Counted from the stretch's first letter, positions 52,076-61,967 are shown. The stretch is DNA of 64,000 nucleotides from an uncultured Chloroflexia bacterium (GCA_963712745.1 CAVQJC010000017.1:96001-160000), one strand, 5' to 3'. The notes: generated by a model from the sequence alone, not told the origin. Numbers and translations are program-made.

Positions 52076-53128
52076 CTAGCGCTCCGTCTGCGCGCTGCCG
52101 CGTGAGATCCCGCGCAGCAGCCGCCCGAGGATGTCCGCCCCTGTGACGATGCGGCGCTGGGGGCCCCACAGGAGCACGACATCATCATCGATGACGTCAT
52201 CCTCGCTGCGCACGCCACCCGCCTGCAGCCGACCGATGATGCGGCCCAGTGGCATGGCCGGGTCGAGGACGATGACCGGTCGGTGGCAGTGCGGTGCCAC
52301 GACCGCCCCGTCGCCGTGGGTCAGCACGTCTCGCAGGAAGCCGTCGGCGTCGAGCGCCATGCGCGGTTCGCCTGCCGGGTCGGTCAGGATCACCCACTTG
52401 TGTCCGGACTCGTTCACCCGGCGCACGAAGGGATCGTCGCGCCCTCCGTGGATCTGGGGCAGCTGCAGCGTCGAGCCACCGTCGTCGCGCAGCGGCAGGG
52501 CCAATACGCTGCCGGCATCGAGCTCCTCTCCTTCGTCCTGCACCTGGACATCGTCGAGGGCCAGGAAGTTCAGTGCACCCATGGCTTCGACACGGTCGAC
52601 CTCGTGCGCGTCCGGGGCATCCATATGCGCGCGGATGAGCTCGCGCAGCTCATGCTCGCGAAAGTAGACGGTGCGCTCGCGGCCAAGCAGCGCGTCGAGC
52701 ATCCGCGCGGAAGGCAGTGCCACCGGCGCCAGCAGGAACTGCCACACGCGCAGCAGCGGCGCCAGCAGCGAGGCCGTCTTGAGCGCATTGCGCGAGAAGT
52801 AGGCTTGCGGCAGGATCTCGCCGCCGAAGGTGATGATGACCGTGCTGAAGACGAAGGCCAGCAGGCCCACGAGGACCGATCCCACGAGCAGCGTGAGTGT
52901 CACGTTGATGGCCACGTTGCCCCATAGGATGGTCGTCAGCAGCCAGCTGGAGTCCTCGCGCATGGCCAGCACACGCTCGGCCCGGTGATCGCCTGAATCG
53001 AGGGCTACCTTCAGCTCCAGGCGGCTGAGGCTGAAGAAGGCCAGGTTCAGGCCGGAGAACATGGCCGACTGGCTGACGCAGAACAGCACACCGATCCACA
53101 CGAGCGCGTTGGCCAGCGTGTCGTCCAC
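52076..53128 (-). CDS. CNNM/DUF21 metal-transport-related membrane protein
   Basis: SAMFSGLNLAFFSL, TILWGNVAIN, GEILPQ. Confidence 0.85.
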   Translation of the reverse strand: MDDTLANALVWIGVLFCVSQSAMFSGLNLAFFSLSRLELKVALDSGDHRAERVLAMREDSSWLLTTILWGNVAINVTLTLLVGSVLVGLLAFVFSTVIITFGGEILPQAYFSRNALKTASLLAPLLRVWQFLLAPVALPSARMLDALLGRERTVYFREHELRELIRAHMDAPDAHEVDRVEAMGALNFLALDDVQVQDEGEELDAGSVLALPLRDDGGSTLQLPQIHGGRDDPFVRRVNESGHKWVILTDPAGEPRMALDADGFLRDVLTHGDGAVVAPHCHRPVIVLDPAMPLGRIIGRLQAGGVRSEDDVIDDDVVLLWGPQRRIVTGADILGRLLRGISRGSAQTER

Positions 53129-53204
53129 TTCTTCCCGGTGCCTCCCTGACTGCGGGGTTCGCGGTGCTGCCGGAGGGCCCGCCGGCCGCGATGCTATCGT
53201 CGCC

Positions 53205-53699
53205 ATGATGAGCGACAGTGAGAGCGAACGCATCCGCCGCGTGTCGGGTGAGCTCGATGCCCTGCCCGTCGAGACCCGCCGGTTCGTGTCCGTCTACGCC
53301 TATGTCCTGGCCCGGGTGGTGCGCACCGATCCGGGCTTCAGCGATGCGGAGCGCTTGGCCGTGGAGGGCGCCGTCATCGAGGCAGCCGGGCTCTCGGAGG
53401 GCCAGGCTGCGCTGATCGTCCAGACGGCGCACAGCATGGGTTCGCTGTACGGCGCGACGGAGGACTACGTCCTCACTCGTGAGTTCGCGCGCGTGGCGAC
53501 GCGCGCGCAGTGCGAGGCCTTGCTGCGAACGGGATTCGCGGTCAGCGCAGCCGACGATTACGTCAGCCAATCCGAGTTGTCGGAGATCCGCGAGATCGGC
53601 GCCGAGCTCGGTTTCGGCGCGGAGGAGGTCGAGGCCATCCGGCGCGAGGCGCTGGCCCAGCTGGGCCTCACGAGCGAGGGCCCGGGCGAGGGCGACTGA
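53205..53699 (+). CDS. TerB-family protein
   Basis: LARVVRTD..SDAE, FAVSAADD..SELSEI. Confidence 0.8.
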   Translation: MMSDSESERIRRVSGELDALPVETRRFVSVYAYVLARVVRTDPGFSDAERLAVEGAVIEAAGLSEGQAALIVQTAHSMGSLYGATEDYVLTREFARVATRAQCEALLRTGFAVSAADDYVSQSELSEIREIGAELGFGAEEVEAIRREALAQLGLTSEGPGEGD

Positions 53700-53710
53700 C
53701 CGCCGCCGGT

Positions 53711-54757
53711 TCAGGCGGGCGGCACGTCCGCGGGCGCGTGATCTCGCGCGTAGTCCACCAGCGCCCGCAGGTTCTGTGGTGGCGTCTCCGGCGCGACCTC
53801 GCAGCCGGTGCCCACGACGTGGTTGGGACCGGCGATGCGATGGCACCGCGCAGCCGCCGCATACACGTCCTCGGGCGTGCCCCTGAGCATCTCCTCGACC
53901 GTGTTGACGTTGCCCAGGATGACCTTATCCGGGCCCAGTACCTCGCGGGCGTGGACCAGGTCCACGGGGAAGTCGAGCTCGAAGATATCCACCGGCAGCT
54001 CGCGCATGGTGGGCAGCAGGTCGTCGGTGCGGCCGCACATGTGCAGGCGCACGATGACATCCGGGCGGATCGCCTTGATGTCCTCCACCACGCGTCGCTG
54101 GGCGGGGTAGATGAAGCGCTGGTAGTGGGCTGGGCTCATCATCGAAGCTGCCGCGTCGCTCATGCCGATGGTGTCCGCGCCGGCCTCGACTTGCGGTTTC
54201 CAGTAGGCCCGGCCGACCTGTGAGGTGAAGTCCAGCAGCTCGTCGACGAAGGCCTCGTCCTCGTAGATATCCATCATCAGGGCCGACAGGCCGCGCATCT
54301 CGGCGCCCAGGGCCAGTGGTCCCTCGACCCAGCCGACGATCGACACGCCGGGCCCGGCCGTCTCGCGCATCAGGCCGATCGACTCGACACGGTCGCGCAT
54401 GCGGCCGGGAGCCAGGGGATCGGGCACACGCAGTCCCGCCAGCCTGCCCTTGTCACGCACCAGTGCCCTGGACTCGACGATGGCCGGACCACTGTCGGCC
54501 CATTCCACGCTGCTGTCGTCCCCGCCGGCGATATCGATGAGCTCGCGCGCCGGGTCGGAGCACTGCATCAGGCAGTCGATGCCGTAGTCCTCGGCCATCG
54601 ACATCTGGGCCTCGGCCAGGCGCCGGCCGTCGGTGACGTAGTCGTTGTAGTGGATACCCACGTGCCGCGCGGCGAACTGCATGATCAGCGGCTGGACGGG
54701 CAAGTGGTCGACGCGTTCGCCTGCGATGATCCCGCGGATGCGCTGGAGGCTGTCCAT
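53711..54757 (-). CDS. Uroporphyrinogen decarboxylase / MtaA-CmuA superfamily protein
   Basis: GWVEGP, LHMCG, GNV, GTGCEV (putative Zn site HxC...C). Confidence 0.85.
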   Translation of the reverse strand: MDSLQRIRGIIAGERVDHLPVQPLIMQFAARHVGIHYNDYVTDGRRLAEAQMSMAEDYGIDCLMQCSDPARELIDIAGGDDSSVEWADSGPAIVESRALVRDKGRLAGLRVPDPLAPGRMRDRVESIGLMRETAGPGVSIVGWVEGPLALGAEMRGLSALMMDIYEDEAFVDELLDFTSQVGRAYWKPQVEAGADTIGMSDAAASMMSPAHYQRFIYPAQRRVVEDIKAIRPDVIVRLHMCGRTDDLLPTMRELPVDIFELDFPVDLVHAREVLGPDKVILGNVNTVEEMLRGTPEDVYAAAARCHRIAGPNHVVGTGCEVAPETPPQNLRALVDYARDHAPADVPPA

Positions 54758-54826
54758 GACCCTACTGTGGTCTGGCCCGACGCCGGGGTGCAGGGCGGTT
54801 CGGACCGCTTCGGGCCTGCCGGACGG

Positions 54827-55624
54827 TCAACGGATGCGCAATCCGCCCCGCAGCTCGACGCCTCTGAGCACGAATTGGTCGACCGATGCATCCACGGTCA
54901 GGGCCACGCCGCGCCGGGGTGCGCTGATAGATGGCCGCGGCTTGTCGGTCGCGACACGTACTCCGTAGATGCCCAGATCGTCGTGGACGTGTGAGGCACG
55001 GCGGCACCGCCCGAGCAGCATCAGGCGGTCGCCGGCAGACGCTTCGCGGACGGCCGGCGGAAGCGCGCCATAGCTCTGGATGGTCCCGACGTTCATGACC
55101 CGGCAGGAGCTGCGGCGAAGCGGCGGGACGGAGCCGGAAGGTGCTGCCCACCAGGCCGGTGCCCATGCGCCTGCATCTCCCACCACGAGCCCCGGGCGGA
55201 CCACGACCCGCTTGGCGATGCGCAGGCCATCGACGCGTGGTTCGATGATCAGGGCCGGCCGCCGGCTGCCGCTCTTGAGGGTCGGCGGACCGGAGTCGCG
55301 GACGCCCGTGCGCCGGCAGCCGTTCTGGTCGCAGACCATGCTCGAGCTGGCGATACGCCGGCCGCCGATGGTGACGTCCCTGTCGATGATGGTCGTGCCG
55401 GTGCAGGTTCCCTGCACCACCAGGCGGTCACCAGGGGAGGCGGCGCGGATGGCTCGTTGCAGGTTGCCGCGGACCGCCCCGGTCGCCGTGTTGGTGACCT
55501 TGCAGGCGGCGGCTGAGGTGGCACTGGAGGCAGCGGGTACGCCCGACACCAGCATCGCCGCCGCCGCGGCGATGGCGAACACTCGGCCCAGGTGGCGGAT
55601 GGGATGCGTCCTGGTCATGCCCAC
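54827..55624 (-). CDS. Secreted protein with a duplicated beta-helix cap-like module
   Basis: Signal peptide; C-x-V-x-N...AxxGDRL...G-x-C occurs twice. Confidence 0.65.
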   Translation of the reverse strand: MGMTRTHPIRHLGRVFAIAAAAAMLVSGVPAASSATSAAACKVTNTATGAVRGNLQRAIRAASPGDRLVVQGTCTGTTIIDRDVTIGGRRIASSSMVCDQNGCRRTGVRDSGPPTLKSGSRRPALIIEPRVDGLRIAKRVVVRPGLVVGDAGAWAPAWWAAPSGSVPPLRRSSCRVMNVGTIQSYGALPPAVREASAGDRLMLLGRCRRASHVHDDLGIYGVRVATDKPRPSISAPRRGVALTVDASVDQFVLRGVELRGGLRIR

Positions 55625-55804
55625 ATCCTGTCCTATCAGAAGTACCAGTCGGTCACTGGTACCTGAATCCTGGTGTCGTCGGACACCACGTCGTCGGCCG
55701 CGTCGCTCAGGAGAACCAGAAGCCCGCGTCGATCCATCAGCGCACGCTGGTGACCATCGGCACGACCGTGGCTGTCGGCTTGTCCGCGCGGATAGGATTG
55801 GAGC

Positions 55805-56161
55805 ATGGGCACGTCCCGAGCGGCGCCGGGGGGCCGGATCGCCCCGGTGCTCGAAACGATCCTGCCGCTCTTCGCGGCCGCCGTCTTCGTCATCGTCTGG
55901 GCCTACGTCGCAGTCACCGCCTTGACCGAAAGCTCGCTCGCGGCAGACACCTGGGCCTGGCTGAGCGGCCTCGACACGATCCCGGCCGTCATCGCCTGGC
56001 TGGCCATGCTGCCTCTGGGCTTCTTCCTGTGGGCCTGGCAGGCGGACCTCGAGCCACTCCTCATGGGCGTGGTCATGCTCGGCCTCCTGGCCTGGACCTG
56101 GGTTGCCTGGGCGGGGCTCGTCCGTGCCACGCGGCGCCGCCGCGGGGCCGCTAGCCGGTAG
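55805..56161 (+). CDS. Small membrane protein
   Basis: Three hydrophobic helices; TAGGAT 6 nt upstream of the ATG. Confidence 0.65.
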   Translation: MGTSRAAPGGRIAPVLETILPLFAAAVFVIVWAYVAVTALTESSLAADTWAWLSGLDTIPAVIAWLAMLPLGFFLWAWQADLEPLLMGVVMLGLLAWTWVAWAGLVRATRRRRGAASR

Positions 56162-57008
56162 GCGCTCGAACCGCCACCGCGAACTCGGGCAGCGATGGAT
56201 CGAAGGGTTCGCCCGCGACGTCGCCGTAGACCTCGTCCACGACCAGGCCGGCTGCCTCGACCTCCGCCGTCAGCGATTCCAGCGAGTAGTGCTGGAACCA
56301 GTTGAAGTACTCGGTCTCGCGGTCGCGTTCGACGATGAGGTACCTCTCCAGCACGACCTTGTCATCGTCGTATCTGAACGTGTTCTGGAAGCCGAAGTAC
56401 GGCTGTGACGACCAGAAGCCGTCCATCATGCCCTCGCCATAGGCGGCCATCTCCTCCCAGGTCTCGTAGTAGGCCAGCGAGTAGACGTCGAACAGGAACG
56501 CGCCCCCGGGTGCGAGCAGGTCGCCCACGCGGCGCAGGAGCCGGCCACGCTGTTCGGGGGAGAGGGCGCAGTAGTCGCACATGATCATCGTGGCCAGGTC
56601 GTAGCCCGGCTCGATGTCGAGCGTGAGGTAGTCGCCCAGCCGGTAGTCGATCCCCAGTCCATCCTGCGCTGCCTGCTGGCGGGCGTACTCGATCGACCGC
56701 GGCGAGATGTCCACCCCGGTCACGGCCGCGCCGCGACGGGCGAGACGGTTGGCGTAGAGGCCCGGCCCGCAGCCCAGGTCGATCAGCCGTGAGCCCTCAC
56801 CCAGCCCGAAGGTCGCGCTGATCCAGTCGACCGAGGCTTCGATGAACTCCGTGCGCCGCGAGGCCAGGTCGACGTCGCCGTCGAGGTGGTAGCGCAGCAT
56901 CATCTCGGAGATGTCCGGTGACGACCACAGTGCGTCGGTGGTGTAGCGCGAGTAGACGTCGGGGCGCCGGCCGATGCGCTCGAGGGTCTCGAAGAGGGTC
57001 TCGCTCAT
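56151..57008 (-). CDS. Class I SAM-dependent methyltransferase
   Basis: LIDLGCGPGLY, GVDISPRSI, MIMCDYC. Confidence 0.9.
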   Translation of the reverse strand: MSETLFETLERIGRRPDVYSRYTTDALWSSPDISEMMLRYHLDGDVDLASRRTEFIEASVDWISATFGLGEGSRLIDLGCGPGLYANRLARRGAAVTGVDISPRSIEYARQQAAQDGLGIDYRLGDYLTLDIEPGYDLATMIMCDYCALSPEQRGRLLRRVGDLLAPGGAFLFDVYSLAYYETWEEMAAYGEGMMDGFWSSQPYFGFQNTFRYDDDKVVLERYLIVERDRETEYFNWFQHYSLESLTAEVEAAGLVVDEVYGDVAGEPFDPSLPEFAVAVRAPTG

Positions 57009-57928
57009 GTCGTCTCCAGAGTCTCGAACGGTCGTTTCTGCTTGAAGCGGTGCTCGGGGATGGGGGCACCGGTCCGCTCGAGGGCGATGCGCCAACGCGG
57101 TGACGCACCCAGTGCCCAGCGCATGGCCAGCATGGAGCCTCGGCCGACCGCGTGCGCGCCGGGGCGGGGCTTGAGCCCGAGAGCACGTCGGATGCGCCGC
57201 GGGATGGTGGTCACAGCAGCGCTCGCCAGCAGTTGGTAGGCGAAGGTCACGAACGGGTCGAGTGGTGGCTCACGCAGGAAGTCGACCGCGTCACGCATGC
57301 CCGGTGACGGCGCCACGGCGGGGTGCTGGGCCACCCAGCGTGAGAGCTGCTCGGCGGTCTCAGGGATGGGGTCGGCATCGAGCAGGCGCCCGATGCGAGC
57401 CTGCTCGGCCACGAAGCGATCGGCCTCATCGTCGTCGAGGTGACGAGCGCCGAACTCCTGGAACGCGCTCAGGAAGGAGTCGGTCAGGGAGTTGTGGACC
57501 CAGGCGGCGAGCGCCGGGGCATCGGCCGAATAGGGCAGCCCCCGGTGCGACGTGCCCTGCACCGGCCGGTGCGCGCGACGGACGATGGCCACGGCGGCCT
57601 CGACCTCAGGCATGGCGCCGAACGACGTGGCGGTGACGTAGGCCGATGTCCGTGACAGTCGACCCAGCGGATCCTCGCGATAGCGGGAGTGGTCCGCGAC
57701 CCCGGCGACCACCTCGGGGTGCGCCGCCTGGATGAGCAGGGCACGGATACCGGCGATGAAGCCCGAGACGTCGCCCATGACCTCCCAGCTGACCGAGTCC
57801 GGCCCGAAGAGGCCCGGGTCGCCGGCGTAGTCGAGCGTGTGCTCCATGGGGTCCCCCGCATGCGCGAAGAGGCTCACGGTGCGGCTGACGACGGTGATGC
57901 GCAGACGTTCGATCGGTGAGGTGGTCAT
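57005..57928 (-). CDS. Oxygenase MpaB / DUF2236 family protein
   Basis: GLFGPDSVSW, LIQAAHP..GVADHS, RLSRT, H..V.G, WVH. Confidence 0.88.
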   Translation of the reverse strand: MTTSPIERLRITVVSRTVSLFAHAGDPMEHTLDYAGDPGLFGPDSVSWEVMGDVSGFIAGIRALLIQAAHPEVVAGVADHSRYREDPLGRLSRTSAYVTATSFGAMPEVEAAVAIVRRAHRPVQGTSHRGLPYSADAPALAAWVHNSLTDSFLSAFQEFGARHLDDDEADRFVAEQARIGRLLDADPIPETAEQLSRWVAQHPAVAPSPGMRDAVDFLREPPLDPFVTFAYQLLASAAVTTIPRRIRRALGLKPRPGAHAVGRGSMLAMRWALGASPRWRIALERTGAPIPEHRFKQKRPFETLETT

Positions 57929-57970
57929 CTCGCTGCCCACTGTAGACCGCATGCCCGGCATACTCGACCC

Positions 57971-58173
57971 ATGCTGGCAGGAGTGGATTGGGGCGGAACG
58001 AAGATGGAAGTCGTGGCCATGTCCCCCGATGGTGTCGAGCACTTCCGCGAGCGCGAGGATACGCCGCGAGGGGACTACGACGCCTGCCTGGCCGTCATCG
58101 CTTCGCTGGTCGAGCGCGCACAGGCAAGGGTCGGTCGCTGCGAGGCGCGGCCTGGCCGTGGGCGGAGGCATGA
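57971..58173 (+). pseudogene. ROK-family kinase (fructokinase Mak-like) with a large internal deletion
   Basis: N-terminus GVDWGGTKME..TPRGDY joined directly to the C-terminal RGAAW motif. Confidence 0.8.
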
Positions 58174-58970
58174 CCGTGGCTGACCTGCTGGCCGAGCGCT
58201 ACGACTTCGGAGCGAGCTTGATCGTCGAGGCGGCTACCCTGGCGCAGCGCTACTACGAGTCCCAGGACTCGCTCACCGTGCGCTCCAAGGGCACCCAGGA
58301 CGTGGTCAGCGAGGCTGACGTCGAGGTCGAGAAGCTCATCCGCGGGGCCATCGAGGCGCGCTACCCCCGAGACGCGTTCTTCGGCGAGGAGTTCGGCCAC
58401 AACGATGTCGAGGGTGCTGAATCGATTTGGATCGTCGACCCCATCGATGGCACGCAGCCCTTCCTGAGCGAGCTTTCCTCGTGGTGCGTCTCCATCGGCT
58501 TCGCCCATCAGGGCCGGCTGGAGATGGGCTTCCTGGCGGCCCCCGCGCGCGACGAGATCTTCATCGGCCGGGTCGGCCACGGTGCCACGCTCAACGGACG
58601 ACCCATCCATGTGTCCGACTCGACCAGCCTCGACGACGGGCTGCTTTCGATCGGCATGTCGCCCAGGATCGGGCCCGAGGAGATCCTGCCCATGTTCGAT
58701 CGATTGCTGCGGCAGGGCGTCGTCTACTACCGCGAGGGCTCGGGCGCGTTGTCGCTGGCGTACGTGGCTGCCGGGCGATTGATCGGCTACATCGAGTCGC
58801 ATCTCAACTCGTGGGACGGCGCCGCCGGCGTGGCCATCGTCCAGGCTGCCGGCGGCCGCGTGAACGACTTCCTGACCCCCGAGTCGCTCTTCCACGGCGC
58901 GCCCATCATCGCCACCAACGAGGCGCTCTACCCCGCCCTCGAGGCGGTCCTGCCCGACCACCTGCGCTAG
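58170..58970 (+). CDS. Inositol monophosphatase family protein
   Basis: DVVSEAD, GEE, WIVDPIDGT, GSGAL, WD.AAG. Confidence 0.92.
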   Translation: MTVADLLAERYDFGASLIVEAATLAQRYYESQDSLTVRSKGTQDVVSEADVEVEKLIRGAIEARYPRDAFFGEEFGHNDVEGAESIWIVDPIDGTQPFLSELSSWCVSIGFAHQGRLEMGFLAAPARDEIFIGRVGHGATLNGRPIHVSDSTSLDDGLLSIGMSPRIGPEEILPMFDRLLRQGVVYYREGSGALSLAYVAAGRLIGYIESHLNSWDGAAGVAIVQAAGGRVNDFLTPESLFHGAPIIATNEALYPALEAVLPDHLR

Positions 58971-58978
58971 GCGGCTCG

Positions 58979-59323
58979 TCAGCCGAAGAAGGCGACCAGG
59001 GCGCCCCGGCCGCCGCGTGCACGAAGTCGGAGCTCCGAACCAAGCCCCAGGAGGGCAAGCACCACGGCCATCGGCATGAGGAGCAGGCCGCTGCCATCCC
59101 CGGTGATGACGACGCTCGCGACGGCGCCGAGACCGATCAGCCAGGCCTCGTTCACGCAGGCCTGGTCGTGGCACGGGAAGAAGCCACCCTGGCTGATGCC
59201 GTTGCTGGCCATGGCCAGCCACAGCAAGGCCACGGCCGGAGCCCCGAGTGCCACGACTGTTCCTGCCAGACCCGCCAGCCAGGTGACCCACAGGCCCGGC
59301 CAACTCCGCCCATCGTTCGTCAT
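58979..59323 (-). CDS. Membrane protein with CHDQACV loop
   Basis: Hydrophobic segments; GGAG SD; ATGA overlap. Confidence 0.65.
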   Translation of the reverse strand: MTNDGRSWPGLWVTWLAGLAGTVVALGAPAVALLWLAMASNGISQGGFFPCHDQACVNEAWLIGLGAVASVVITGDGSGLLLMPMAVVLALLGLGSELRLRARGGRGALVAFFG

Positions 59324-59802
59324 GTCTCCACCTCCCTGTTCGGCCCGAACCTGGCCCAGAGCCGCAGCGTCGTGCCGAGCGCCAGGGCCGCGGCGATGCC
59401 TGCGACCAGCAACAACAACTCCCGCGGCTCCCAGCTCAGTCGGCCGGTCGCGTCCAGGATGGCCAGGCAGCTGAACCACGCGGCCGTGACCAGGCTCGCG
59501 CCCAGTGCCACCAGGAGCGCCCTGGTCGTCGACCACGTCGCCAGCACGATGAGCACCATGGTGGTGGCGACGAACACCAGGGTCATGAGGCCGATGCTCC
59601 GGTACTGATCGACGCACGCCTGGTCGTGGCAGGCCAGCCCTGCTCCCTGCTGGACGCTCGCTTCGGCGAAGCCCCACGCCAGGCAGCCCCCGAGCATCAC
59701 CGGCACCGCGATGAGCACACCGGCGATTCCCGCGATCCAGGTCAGGACCAGGCCGGCCCAGTTCAGGATCTGCCAACGCCGTGGCTTCTCGGTCTCGGTC
59801 AT
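59320..59802 (-). CDS. Membrane protein with CHDQACV loop
   Basis: About 4 TM segments; paralog of the downstream gene. Confidence 0.7.
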   Translation of the reverse strand: MTETEKPRRWQILNWAGLVLTWIAGIAGVLIAVPVMLGGCLAWGFAEASVQQGAGLACHDQACVDQYRSIGLMTLVFVATTMVLIVLATWSTTRALLVALGASLVTAAWFSCLAILDATGRLSWEPRELLLLVAGIAAALALGTTLRLWARFGPNREVET

Positions 59803-59886
59803 GCCCTGACCATCAGCCTGAGGACTCCCCCGCGCATCAGGTCCCGCCTCAGTCCGGCCCTCATTCCCCCGTGATCGCCCCTGACG

Positions 59887-59917
59887 GCCGTTATCCTACC
59901 AATGGTAGGATAACGGC
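59887..59917. promoter_or_regulatory. Perfect palindrome (TA operator) over the -10 box
   Basis: GCCGTTATCCTACCA-A-TGGTAGGATAACGGC directly before the ATG. Confidence 0.85.
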
Positions 59918-60151
59918 ATGGCCATGAAGAAGGTCTCGGTCACGCTCGACGCAGACCTGGTAGCAGAGATCAAGGCCGAGGTCGGGGAGCGCGGCTTCTC
60001 GCGCTACCTCAACGAGGCGCTGGCGCGGCGGCGTCAACGTGAGCGGCTCGAGCAGCTCGAGCGTGAGCTGGCCGACGAGTTTGGGCCGATTCCTGATGAG
60101 GCCAGACGGTGGGCCGAGTCCCTCGATTGGCCGGAGGAGCGGGACGCTTGA
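59918..60151 (+). CDS. RHH antitoxin (VapB-like)
   Basis: KKVSVTLDADL..FSRYLNEAL. Confidence 0.85.
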   Translation: MAMKKVSVTLDADLVAEIKAEVGERGFSRYLNEALARRRQRERLEQLERELADEFGPIPDEARRWAESLDWPEERDA

Positions 60152-60543
60152 GGCGGAGACTCGTTCTGGACGCGGGGGCGCTGATCGCCCTGTCTCGCGG
60201 CGACATCAAGGTGCGGGCCGCGCTGGCCTCGGCGCTCGTTCGTGGATACGAAGTCATCGTGCCCACGCCTGTCGTGGCCCAGGTCCACCGAGGAGGGCCC
60301 GACCGCGCGCGTACTGATCGTGTGCTCGGCGAGGTCAATTCATTCTTGCCCACCAGCCTTGAGTCGGCACTGCATGCCGGGGAGCTGTTGGCCCGGGCCA
60401 GGATGTCGGACGCAGTCGATGCCATCGTCGCTGCGGAGGCGCTAGCCGATGAGCCATCGATGGTCCTCACGAGTGACTTCCACGACCTGGCCCGCCTCGT
60501 GGAGGCGGGCCATCGATCGCGAGTTGAGGTCGTCGGTATCTAG
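60148..60543 (+). CDS. PIN-domain toxin (VapC-like)
   Basis: VLDAGALI, DAVDA, VLTSD..DL; TTGA coupling. Confidence 0.82.
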   Translation: MRRRLVLDAGALIALSRGDIKVRAALASALVRGYEVIVPTPVVAQVHRGGPDRARTDRVLGEVNSFLPTSLESALHAGELLARARMSDAVDAIVAAEALADEPSMVLTSDFHDLARLVEAGHRSRVEVVGI

Positions 60544-60547
60544 CGCG

Positions 60548-61711
60548 TCAGTCGACGAGATACTCGTAAGTGATGATCATCTCGTCGCCGGGCTCGACCG
60601 AGATCGGCCAGCGCATGATGTTGCCGGCCTCGAGCTGCGGCTGGATGGAGGCCTGCAGCTCCTCTGCCTGCGGCGGCAGGAAGTCGACGACGTCCATGTG
60701 CACCGTGGTCGGGGTGAAGTTCTCGATGGTCAGCGTGACCTCGTACTGGTAGTCGAAGCGGCCCATGTCGACCGCCTGCTGGGTCTGCTCACGCTTGACG
60801 CGCACGTCCTGCAGGTGGCCGATGGTCACGCTGCCCTCGCCGCCGACCGGCGTGAGTTCGATGAAGTCACTGCCGATGAAGAGGCCGTCCTGGTAGTTGC
60901 GCACGACGCCCTCGCTGAAGGGCTGGTCGCTCTCGTTCTTGACCTTGTAGATGACGGTGACCTGCTCGTCGGTAGGGGCGTTCCAGATGTGCAGCCGACG
61001 CGCCGGCAGCTCCTGTCCCACCAGCTGGGCGTAGATGGTGTCGCCGGGCTCCGCGGTCAACTGCCCGATGTCATAGGTGTGCTGGATGTCGACCTGCCCC
61101 ACGGGTGCGGAGACGGACAGTGTGTCCGCCATCTCGAAGCCGGCCAGCTTCTGGTTCAGCGACAGCTCAGCGGCAGGGGCGATGGGGCTGCTCAGATCGA
61201 CCATGCCGGCGACCAGCTGGGTCTCGACGTCGTCGAGCTCCAGAGCGTTGTCGCTGATCTCTGCGAAGTAGTCGAGCTCGACCGTCTCGTCGGTGTCGGC
61301 CCCGACCCACATGTCGTAGGTGGGCCGCCAGCTCACGCCACCAAGGAGGTACTCCATGGAGATGTCGCGCAGCTCGGAGTCGGTGGCGGACTGCCACTTT
61401 ATCGTGGGCTGTCCGGTGCGGTGGTCGAGACGGTAGTTGGCCACCCGCTGGCCGTTCTCGCGCAGCACGAGCGTGTCCGCGTAGACCGTCGGCGGCAGCA
61501 CGATGCGCACGTCGACGCCGCCGGGGAGTGCTACCTCGTCGCGGGCGTAGGCCACGTTGTTGAGGAACACCGCGACCCGGTCGGGGGCGCTGGTGTAGCT
61601 GATCTGGTCGTCGACCTTGGCGGCCGCAGCGCCGGCCGTGGCGCCCACGAGGACGCTGGCGGTGATGGCGACGGTGACCGGGGTGCGGAGTGGTGCTGAT
61701 AGCGCACGCAT
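60548..61711 (-). CDS. Secreted DUF4139/DUF4140-like protein
   Basis: Signal peptide; VAVFLNNVAY, YLLGGVSWRPTY, C-terminal W...ITYEY. Confidence 0.7.
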   Translation of the reverse strand: MRALSAPLRTPVTVAITASVLVGATAGAAAAKVDDQISYTSAPDRVAVFLNNVAYARDEVALPGGVDVRIVLPPTVYADTLVLRENGQRVANYRLDHRTGQPTIKWQSATDSELRDISMEYLLGGVSWRPTYDMWVGADTDETVELDYFAEISDNALELDDVETQLVAGMVDLSSPIAPAAELSLNQKLAGFEMADTLSVSAPVGQVDIQHTYDIGQLTAEPGDTIYAQLVGQELPARRLHIWNAPTDEQVTVIYKVKNESDQPFSEGVVRNYQDGLFIGSDFIELTPVGGEGSVTIGHLQDVRVKREQTQQAVDMGRFDYQYEVTLTIENFTPTTVHMDVVDFLPPQAEELQASIQPQLEAGNIMRWPISVEPGDEMIITYEYLVD

Positions 61712-61765
61712 GGTGGGCTCCCTTCGTTGGGCGCGCCGGTCCAGCGTGGCGCGCGCTCAGACCAA

Positions 61766-61792
61766 AGACGACGGCGCAGGCAGACGAGTTCC
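61766..61792 (-). promoter_or_regulatory. Candidate ECF promoter GGAAC-N17-CGTCT
   Basis: About 55 nt upstream of the DUF4139-like ATG. Confidence 0.55.
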
Positions 61793-61967
61793 GTCGCGTG
61801 GTGGCGCAACGCACCGCACCCCCTCTGAGGAGAGCCGGGGGATCGGCCACGACGTTGGACGCAGTACCGCATCTCGCTCGAGACGCCCGAGTAGCCCCCG
61901 CCGACTCGGCCGCCTGCGGCGCTTGCTGATCAACGGGGTGAGGGCCCGATAGCCCGGCTTGCGCGCA

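Noticed and set aside
55740-55800. c-di-GMP-I-like motif upstream of the secreted protein
   Set aside because: Lacks the GNRA tetraloop/receptor two-stem architecture.
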